64,000 nt of DNA from an uncultured Planctomycetia bacterium (GTDB lineage: Bacteria > Omnitrophota > Gorgyraeia > Duberdicusellales > 4484-171): the NCBI GenBank assembly GCA_964590995.1, contig CAZPYY010000001.1, positions 762 through 64,761 on the forward strand, written 5' to 3'. The notes under the pieces are model-generated. The model was not told where the DNA came from and did no database searches. It was given only the letters and a program-made list of their open reading frames with translations. Position numbers and translations under genes: made by a program. Positions 21,249 through 29,400 of the stretch are shown here, piece after piece. How positions within the stretch are numbered: position 1 is the first letter of the stretch; every line of letters starts with the position of its first letter.

Positions 21249-22160
21249 TTATTCTTTAAATAAATGACAATAAACAAAATGGCCGGGTTCGACCTCTTTT
21301 CTTACACATTCCTGCTTACATTCAGGTTTTTTGAATCGACAGCGCGAGAGAAAAGGACAACCGCCAAGGTGGTCAATACCCTCTTTTAAGTATTTTAGCT
21401 TCTGCTGAGAAGCTTCCTTTAGTAATTTAGTATAAGGATGAAGGGGATTATTATAGATCAAATCCCGGGGGCCATATTCGGTGATTTTGCCCCGGTACAT
21501 AATAAAACAGTAGCGGGATATCTTCTTTAATAATTTAAGGTTATGGGAGATAAACAGAAAAGTTACTTCTAACTCATTCTGCAACTTAATTAATAGCTTC
21601 ATAATTTTAGAAGCTGTTGTAACATCCAGGCTCGATGTCGGCTCATCAAGAATCACTAACCGCGGCCGGTTAATAAGACTGCGGGCAATACAGACCCTCT
21701 GAATTTGTCCGCCACTTAGCTGATGCGGTATTCTTTCCATTACATCTTCCTCTAATTCTACCTCTGCTAAAGCTTTTTTAATAAGCTCGCTGCTCTCAGA
21801 TTTCTTTATTTTTTTAAAGACCCTTAAAGCCTCATATAAAGAATAAAATATAGTATAGCGGGGATCAAGGCTGGCAAAAGGATTTTGAAAAACAATCTGG
21901 ATATTCTTTCGTACAACTTTCTGGTTTTCTTTTAAAGTTATATTCTTATCGTTAAAATAAATACTTCCTTCTTTAGGTTGATAGAACCCAAGAATAGTTT
22001 TGGCTAGGGTAGTCTTACCGCAGCCGCTCTCACCGGCCAAAGAAGTTACTAACCCCTTTTTTAAGAAGAGATCTACCCCATCTAAAGCCTTAATAGTCTT
22101 GCCCTTCTGCAAGAAATATACCTTTAGGTTTTTTGTACTTAGAATCTTATTATTTTCCAT
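21249..22160 (-). CDS. Oligopeptide/dipeptide ABC ATPase (OppF-like)
   Basis: GESGCGKT, LSGGQ, HPYT, C-terminal CPF..RC..C. Confidence 0.9.
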   Translation of the reverse strand: MENNKILSTKNLKVYFLQKGKTIKALDGVDLFLKKGLVTSLAGESGCGKTTLAKTILGFYQPKEGSIYFNDKNITLKENQKVVRKNIQIVFQNPFASLDPRYTIFYSLYEALRVFKKIKKSESSELIKKALAEVELEEDVMERIPHQLSGGQIQRVCIARSLINRPRLVILDEPTSSLDVTTASKIMKLLIKLQNELEVTFLFISHNLKLLKKISRYCFIMYRGKITEYGPRDLIYNNPLHPYTKLLKEASQQKLKYLKEGIDHLGGCPFLSRCRFKKPECKQECVRKEVEPGHFVYCHLFKE

Positions 22161-22164
22161 TACT

Positions 22165-22950
22165 TTATCCTTCTAACTGAGAAAATGAGTCTAATAAACT
22201 TTTAGTATAATCATCTTCGGGGTTTGCAAATAACTCCTCGCTGCTCTTTATCTCTCTGGCCTGGCCCTGATAAAGAACTACCACCCGATCACATAAGGCC
22301 TTTACCAAATCAAGGTTGTGAGTGATAAAAATTATAGTTAGTTTAAGTTTATCTCTTAGCTCTTTAAACAAATGGATAATCTGGCTCTCAATAGTTACAT
22401 CCAAAGAGCTTGTCGGCTCATCAGCAATTAATAGAGTTGGTTTTAAAGCTATGGCTACGGCAATAGCTACTCTCTGCAATTGCCCGCCACTTAATTGATG
22501 GGGGTAACTCTTTAATATTCTCTCCGGTTCCCTCACTCTAGCTTTTTCCAAAGAATCAAAAATAATTTTATTTATCTGGCTCTTACTCTTTATATTTAAT
22601 TTGCTTTGCAGAATCTCTTGGAATTGATATTTTATACTTAAGACCGGATTAAAGGTACTGGCTGGCTCTTGAAAGATTAAGCCAATTTGATTTCCTCTTA
22701 AGATTTCTGATTCTCTCTCTTTTGCCTTAAAGATGTTTTTGTCTTTAAAGATTATCCGGCCTTGGCTTTTAGAATCAGGGGGAAGAAGATTTAAGATTGA
22801 AAGAGCAAGGGTGCTCTTTCCGCTGCCGGATTCACCGACTATACCTAGAATCTCACCCTCTTCAATTCCCCAGTTGGCCTTCTTTAAGGCATCGACGTAT
22901 TTAGCTCTGCTCCTATAAGAGACGCTTAAATCTTTTACCTCTAAAATCAT
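22165..22950 (-). CDS. Oligopeptide/dipeptide ABC ATPase (OppD-like)
   Basis: GESGSGKS, YPHQLSGG, ADEPT motifs. Confidence 0.9.
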   Translation of the reverse strand: MILEVKDLSVSYRSRAKYVDALKKANWGIEEGEILGIVGESGSGKSTLALSILNLLPPDSKSQGRIIFKDKNIFKAKERESEILRGNQIGLIFQEPASTFNPVLSIKYQFQEILQSKLNIKSKSQINKIIFDSLEKARVREPERILKSYPHQLSGGQLQRVAIAVAIALKPTLLIADEPTSSLDVTIESQIIHLFKELRDKLKLTIIFITHNLDLVKALCDRVVVLYQGQAREIKSSEELFANPEDDYTKSLLDSFSQLEG

Positions 22951-24002
22951 AGTATTCTTCTTTTGGGGTCCAAGATATCCCTTAGGGTATCTCCCAGCAT
23001 ATTAAAACAAATAACCGTAACTACGATAAATAATCCCGGAATTAAAATCCAGGGAAAGAGGCGAATATTTACTATGCCCATAGCTGAACTTAGTAGATTC
23101 CCCCAGCTTGCTTCTGGCTCCTGAATTCCTAAACCAATAAGGCTTAAACCGGCCTCACCTAAGATATAAGCTGGGATACGCAAGACTATAGCTACTAAAG
23201 CATAAGAGAGAGTATGGGGAAGAATATGGCGGATAATTATTTTAAAGTGACTAAGGCCCATTGCTTTGGCAGCATAAACATATTCATTCTCACGCAAGGA
23301 TATAGCCATACCGCGGATAATACGAGCAGTAGCCGCCCAGCCAATAAACGAAAGGATAACTATAATTAAAATATAGACTTGGGTCGAAGTTAAATTAGGA
23401 GGAAATGAGGCCCGTAGAGCTAACATAAGATAAAAAGAAGGGATCATCATTACCATCTCACAAATACGCATAGTAAAGTTATCTACTCTTCCTCCAAAGT
23501 ATCCGGATAGACCTCCGATGATTAAACCAATGAATAAAGATATGGCCGCACCAATTAATCCTATCGAGAGTGAAATTCTTCCTCCATAAAGAATACGGGT
23601 GAAGATATCCCGCCCTTTTAAATCTGCTCCTAGAAGATAAATTTTGCCTTCCCCTACACCGAATAAATGCCGATCACTCTCCCAGAGTCCTAAAAACTTA
23701 TACTTAAACCCCTTAGTAAAGAACTTAATCGGGTAAATTTTACTCTTATCTTCCTGATAAATTCTCTGATAGTACTCATTAATCTCATAGGTCTGTCCAT
23801 AAATGAAGGGCCTGAATTGTTTCTCCTCAAGGTTTAGGAAATGTATCTTTGTCGGCGGTGTATAGGAGTGCAGGATATCATCGTCATCGTAGGCATAAGG
23901 AGCAAAGAAAGGAGCAAAAATCACTGAAAAATAAAGCAAAATCAAGACAAAAAAGGCTATCCGGCCCAGTTTATTCTTGATAATTTCTTTTAAAATCCTC
24001 AT
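22947..24002 (-). CDS. Oligopeptide ABC permease (OppC-like)
   Basis: LGAD..GRD, EAA loop (EYVYAAKAMG), HILP, SWG, GDTLRD.LDP. Confidence 0.92.
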   Translation of the reverse strand: MRILKEIIKNKLGRIAFFVLILLYFSVIFAPFFAPYAYDDDDILHSYTPPTKIHFLNLEEKQFRPFIYGQTYEINEYYQRIYQEDKSKIYPIKFFTKGFKYKFLGLWESDRHLFGVGEGKIYLLGADLKGRDIFTRILYGGRISLSIGLIGAAISLFIGLIIGGLSGYFGGRVDNFTMRICEMVMMIPSFYLMLALRASFPPNLTSTQVYILIIVILSFIGWAATARIIRGMAISLRENEYVYAAKAMGLSHFKIIIRHILPHTLSYALVAIVLRIPAYILGEAGLSLIGLGIQEPEASWGNLLSSAMGIVNIRLFPWILIPGLFIVVTVICFNMLGDTLRDILDPKRRIL

Positions 24003-24005
24003 AGT

Positions 24006-24977
24006 TTAAGTCTTCTCGTATCTTATTCTCGGGTCAAAGTAAGCTAGAAGAATATCGGCAACTAAATTACCTAAGATAAGTAAAGCTCCTCCGGCTAAAA
24101 CTGAACCCATAACTAAATATATATCTTGGGAACGTACAGCCTCTAAGGTTACTACCCCTAAACCTGGCCAGCCAATAATAATCTCAACCAAAGCAGCGCC
24201 ACTTAAAAGAGCTGAGAATTGATAACCAAAAATAGTGATCATCGGGTTTAGAGCATTCTTTAAGGCGTGAACATAAAGAATTCTCACCTTAGGAAGCCCT
24301 CTAGCTTTTGCTCCTAAGATATAAGGAGAACCTAAGACCTCCAGGAGATTTGCCCTCATTATTCTCTGGAGAACACAAATACTTCCCAATGAGAGAACTA
24401 GGGTAGGGATGATTAGGTGCTTTCCAATATCAATTATCTTATTGAGAAGGCTGAATTCCTCGAATCTTATCGAGCGCATCCCTCCTAGAGGAAGCCAGCC
24501 GGTAAAAGTAGCCAGATAGAGAAATATAAAGGCCAAAAAGAAAGAAGGAGCAGATATACCCAAATAAGAAGTAAAAGATAAAAACCGATCAGTAAATTTA
24601 TTTCGCTTTAGGGCAGCAATTACCCCTAGGGGAATAACAAATATCCAGGTAAAGATAAGTGATGATAATGAGAGTATAAAGGTATTAAAGAGGCGGGATG
24701 AGACAACATCAAAGACTTTAGCCTTAAAAGAAAACGAATAGCCAAAATCCCCTTTTAGGATATTTTTTAACCATACAAAGTATTGGACCATGAGAGGCTT
24801 ATCAAGATGGAATTTTTGCTCATATAGCTCAATGGCATCTTGGGAAACTTGGGGATTTAGCCTTAATTTGTCTAAGAAATCTCCGGGGGCAATCTGAATA
24901 AAAAGAAATGTAAGGAAGGTTATTCCTAAGAGTAAGGGCAAAGAAAAAACTAGTCGCTTTAAGATAAAACGGCCCAT
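24006..24977 (-). CDS. Oligopeptide ABC permease (OppB-like)
   Basis: PGD, LDKP..QY, GDFG.S, AKARGL, HALKNA, DPRIR; ATG start at 24977 preferred. Confidence 0.92.
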   Translation of the reverse strand: MGRFILKRLVFSLPLLLGITFLTFLFIQIAPGDFLDKLRLNPQVSQDAIELYEQKFHLDKPLMVQYFVWLKNILKGDFGYSFSFKAKVFDVVSSRLFNTFILSLSSLIFTWIFVIPLGVIAALKRNKFTDRFLSFTSYLGISAPSFFLAFIFLYLATFTGWLPLGGMRSIRFEEFSLLNKIIDIGKHLIIPTLVLSLGSICVLQRIMRANLLEVLGSPYILGAKARGLPKVRILYVHALKNALNPMITIFGYQFSALLSGAALVEIIIGWPGLGVVTLEAVRSQDIYLVMGSVLAGGALLILGNLVADILLAYFDPRIRYEKT

Positions 24978-25072
24978 AAAAAACAACAGAACTCTTTAAT
25001 CTATGTAATCTTTTCTAAAATCTGAGTAATCAACGGTCTCTGGTACACCTTTAGAAGTCTTTCGGAGACCGT

Positions 25073-25375
25073 TTATATAACCACTACTAGAGGGAAGATC
25101 GCCGGTTTATGAAACTCTACTCCTGCTTGCCACTCATCAGGGGTTTTACTGCACCAGCGTACAATCCCTTTCAATAGCAGAGATTTATCTGTCTTAGTAC
25201 AAAGGTTTATGCGTAAATGGGTACCTTTAGGTAAGTTTTCGGCACTAGCTAACCCTGCTCCGGCTGCACCTATGTCATGGCATTTGATTCCCATAGGTGT
25301 ATTAGTGTTACCCACACATGAGCCTAAAACAGCGCAAGGATACCTTTCGAATGTTCTTCTTTCTCTAACCATCAA
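25073..25375 (-). CDS. Stand-alone PilZ domain protein
   Basis: ERRTFER (RxxxR), DIGAAG (D/NxSxxG-like), G.VRW, AGVEF. Confidence 0.8.
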   Translation of the reverse strand: MMVRERRTFERYPCAVLGSCVGNTNTPMGIKCHDIGAAGAGLASAENLPKGTHLRINLCTKTDKSLLLKGIVRWCSKTPDEWQAGVEFHKPAIFPLVVVI

Positions 25376-25465
25376 ATACCACCTCTCTTATTTTATCACA
25401 GTTCATCTTTTTTTCTACCCCTTATTGAGGTTTAATCTCTAATCTCTTCACTGGCAAGATAAAAT

Positions 25466-25873
25466 TTAGCTATCTTGCCACCAAATTTTCTTTCTCAGCT
25501 GGTCACCGAAGTTACTATCGAGGTATGAAATAATTCTTGCTCTATCTATATCCCTTATCTTGGTAAATAAAATACCGCAAGAAGGAGTAGTTTCTGTTCG
25601 TTTTGTCCAAACTACCTTACCTAAAGCATCAATCTCACTGGGCTCCCCGGGAATATGAATAGTTAACTTTACCTCCTCTCCGGCCAAAGGAACGCTTGGC
25701 GAACTTATCCTAGCTCCTCTTAAACTTAAATCCAGTAGCCTTGCTTCCCAGACTTTATTGGAATTTACAAAGGTATAATCCAGAGGTATATCTACTTCCC
25801 AACGATGCCCCATTCTTGTCTGTTCTCCTCTCTCCTCTCCTCTTTCTTCCCTTCTCTCTTCCATCTCCCTCAC
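25466..25873 (-). CDS. Stand-alone PilZ domain protein (start uncertain)
   Basis: RMGHR (RxxxR), DLSLRGA, GKVVW, GILF. The N-terminus is encoded by a purine-rich heptamer-like run. Confidence 0.8.
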   Translation of the reverse strand: MREMEERREERGEERGEQTRMGHRWEVDIPLDYTFVNSNKVWEARLLDLSLRGARISSPSVPLAGEEVKLTIHIPGEPSEIDALGKVVWTKRTETTPSCGILFTKIRDIDRARIISYLDSNFGDQLRKKIWWQDS

Positions 25874-25883
25874 CTCTCACTTG

Positions 25884-25913
25884 CCCGGTTGAGGACTGTC
25901 CTCAACCGCTCTT
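25884..25913. repeat. 30-bp direct repeat, copy 1, with perfect palindromic core CGGTTGAGGAC-T-GTCCTCAACCG
   Basis: CCCGGTTGAGGACTGTCCTCAACCGCTCTT is identical to 30797-30826 and contains the stop codon of the 25902-26417 gene. Confidence 0.92.
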
Positions 25914-26417
25914 CTGCCCACCCCGGGGGTGTACATTTTTGGTTTCTTTTAAAAATACACGCCCAGCTCTAGAGATGTTAAGCATATGAATTATGTAGAT
26001 GCGGATAGCTAATACTATCAATATTGTAATGCCTGTATGCGCCCACAAGCCAAACCATGAATCGGTTACTAGAAGTTTCTTTACTGAGATTGAGTATATT
26101 GGCCACCAAATATTTATTATAGGTATAGTAAATAAATTCCACCAAGCTAAAATAATAGCTAATGTTCTAGCGAAATTAAATCTTAATAGAAGCAGAAGAA
26201 TTCCGATAAAGAAAGTAATTACACTTAGCATCGCTAAATAATTACGATAAGCATCTAAAAGGAAATAGATTTCTGAAGGTGTAGACTCCATTGTAGTTAC
26301 TCCTATGAGTAATTCCCAAACACCTGAAATTAAGTGGAAAATTGCTATTGCTACAACATGACAATTTGCCCGGTTTTTTGATAATTGTTTTGTCATCTTC
26401 TTTTTCTTTTTATTCAT
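25902..26417 (-). CDS. Hypothetical membrane protein (about 4 TM helices)
   Basis: Four hydrophobic segments; GAGGAGG RBS at 26423-26429; starts 15 bp after the giant ORF stop. Confidence 0.8.
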   Translation of the reverse strand: MNKKKKKMTKQLSKNRANCHVVAIAIFHLISGVWELLIGVTTMESTPSEIYFLLDAYRNYLAMLSVITFFIGILLLLLRFNFARTLAIILAWWNLFTIPIINIWWPIYSISVKKLLVTDSWFGLWAHTGITILIVLAIRIYIIHMLNISRAGRVFLKETKNVHPRGGQKSG

Positions 26418-26422
26418 GCGAC

Positions 26423-26429
26423 CCTCCTC
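26423..26429 (-). promoter_or_regulatory. Shine-Dalgarno site for the membrane protein gene
   Basis: GAGGAGG 5 nt upstream of the ATG at 26417 on the minus strand. Confidence 0.75.
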
Positions 26430-26432
26430 AAA

Positions 26433-29400
26433 TTAATATTTAGGTATCGACGGTATATGTATCGGTGGTGGAGTATACACTGGCGGCATATCAATATTCA
26501 CAGGGAATTGCGGCTTAAATGGGTCTCTGTAATTAGGTGTCGGCGGTATATACACTGGTGGTGGATTATATACCGGCGGCGTATAATGATTATTCATCAT
26601 CTGCTGATATACCGGATTCGTTTTTATCTCCGGCGGAGGGTTGTAAATTCTGTTTATGTTTGGAAATTGGCGCATAGTGTTAGGGCCACGGTAATTCCTA
26701 ATAGTATCTATTAGCGGTGTTTTTGGTACATTAAACTGTTGTAAATCCCGCTGAAGCTGTTGCTGATAATTAGGTATAATTCCCACTGGTGTCTGTGGTA
26801 TAAGTGGTTCTCTGTAGCGCTCAAAAGGAGTTTCTCCCATAATATGTTTTTGTCGCCAAGTATCAGACATGCTTGGGGTAAGCATATTGGGTCGAATATG
26901 ATAATTTGGCTGTGTAGAATCATAACCTTTGGTATGAGCTTTCCACACTCCGGGAGCAGCAACGCCTTCAAAATTATATATACCTGGCCAATTTCCTCCC
27001 CTAGGGAAATAATGCCATTTAGATACATCCTGGTCTCTAATCATTATATCTAAATTCGGCATATTTAAATTAGGGTGAATTTCATGAATTTTATGCGAAA
27101 TTACTAAAGGATCATTGTAAGTAAGGTGTGCTCCAGCAATATCTTTAAAGTCATTTATACGATAAGGGTATATTGAATCATAACGATTAATACCAAAAGC
27201 TTTAAAGCCAAAGGCATTATAAACAGGATCCCCTTGCAAAGCTATATTCTCCCACTTTTGGTCCAAACTTGAAAAATCACGCCAGGAAGGAGACCCAAGA
27301 CTTACGAGATGAACTCTGTGTTCATCAAAAAGCTGGCGCACACGCGGATCTAAATCCGGAGAAAGGAATCTTTCTCCTACCAAATTCCCACCGCTGTACA
27401 TCACTGCCATTATTCTGCCTTTTTCTCCTACTATATCTTTAGCCTTTAGCATTGTACCGTCTAATCTTAGCTGAGCATCTAGAATATCCTTACCTGGATT
27501 CCGTATATCTCCGCTAAAAATATTTCCAGTCCAAGAATGTTCAATAACTTTTATTCCACTCAGCTTTAGAATTCTTATAAAAGGCCGATTTCCAGTAACA
27601 TCTACATTTAAATCTCTACGGTTGTAAGGATTAAACCCCAGTAAAGAATCATCAACACCAGGAATAACTATCGCAACATCTATTTTTGGTATATTTTGAT
27701 TTATCTGGGGCCTTACTGATTCTGCTAATAATGGTTCAATGGTCTTTAAGGAAAGCGCTGCAATTGCACGATTCCAAGTATCAGGTTCCTGTTTTAAAGC
27801 GTCTGCCAAAGGATTCACTAACTGAGGATTTTCATGCACTCTAACTCCTAAATTAGCTATTGCGCTTCTACGCACAAATACGGAATCATCTTTTAATGCC
27901 GGAGTAAGTAAATTATCTACAGAAGGTTGCTCTAACCTCCCTATAGCATCAACTGCTACGCTCCTTATCTGCCAAGATTTATCATCGAGAAGCGGTTTGA
28001 TGTCGTTAGCTATATTAGGATATTGAGTAATTTTGCTTCCTAAGCCTTGCACTGCAATACTGCGTATTGTGTTATCACGCACTGTATCCAAAGCAATGGA
28101 AGTTAAGGGTGCTAGGGTAGCCGGTGAGTTAATTCGGCCTAAGGCTAAGGCTGAAGCCCGGCCTAAGCCTAAATTATCGCTATGTAAATTATCTTTGATT
28201 GCTTCTATAGCTTCAGGCTTATTAATATTCCCCCAGCCAAGGCCAAGGGTAGCTGCTGAACGGACTAAGGGGTCAGGATCTATCTTAGCTATCTTAATAA
28301 AAGACTTACTTACGGCAGGCATATCCGTTACTTTCCCACTTAAACCTTCTACTGCTGCTAAACGTACCTTTTGGCTATCGTCTTCTAAATAAGGTATTAC
28401 CTCTTTCAAAGGAGCATCGGGAACTTTAGCAAATGACTGGATAGCCGTAGCGCGGATAATCGCATTATCTTCCTTAATTATCCGGCTTAATTCAGTAAGC
28501 GCCCTCTTGTCCTCAGTAAGCCCTAAGGAAAATACTGCTACTTGTTTAGTAGGAATATCCGGACTATTCAGATAAGGCTTTATCATATCTACTGCATATC
28601 CACTCTTTGATTGGCCTAAATTTAATAAAATTCTCTTCTGAAAATCTGGATTATTACTCTTCTTTAATATCTCTTCAATGGGCTCTTTCAACTGAGGATA
28701 ATCTTCAATATGAGGAGATAAAGCAATCGCTGTTGCCTGTTGTATTCCTACTTCTTTATCGTTTAGCATCCTGGTTATCGCAGCTATTGCTTGTGGTTCT
28801 TTACTTCCTCTTAAACTATTTACGCAAGCTAACTTTACATTATTATCCCTCGCTTTATTTAAAAGCTCAATAGTTAAATCGGTTATCTGGGAATTTTCTT
28901 TTATTTTGTCAGAAAGTACTGCTATAGCTGCTGAGCGAACTAAAGGGTCGGGGTCAGTTTTGACAATTTCGATAAATGAATCCTTGATTTGTGGTATATC
29001 TGCCACTTTGCCACTTAAAGCATTTATGGTTGTCAAACGTACAATTTTACTCTCATCATACAAATAAGGCTTCAAATTCACAATTGGCGCCTCCGGAATT
29101 TGAACAAATGAATGTATGGCTATGGCGCGGATAAGCTCAGTGTTTTCCATAATAGTCCGGATAAGCTCGGCAAGCGCTCTTTGATCTTTGGTAAAACCTA
29201 AAGATAAAACTGCTGTTTGTTTAATGGAAATATCCGGGCTATCCAGATAAGGCTTTATCATATCAACAGCATACTTGCTCTTTACCTGAGCCAAACCAGC
29301 TAAAATTCTTTTTTTGGTATCTTTATCTTTCCCTTTTAATGCCTCATCAAGAAACTTTCTTAATTGAGGGTAATCATCTACATAGTTTATCAAAGCAATA

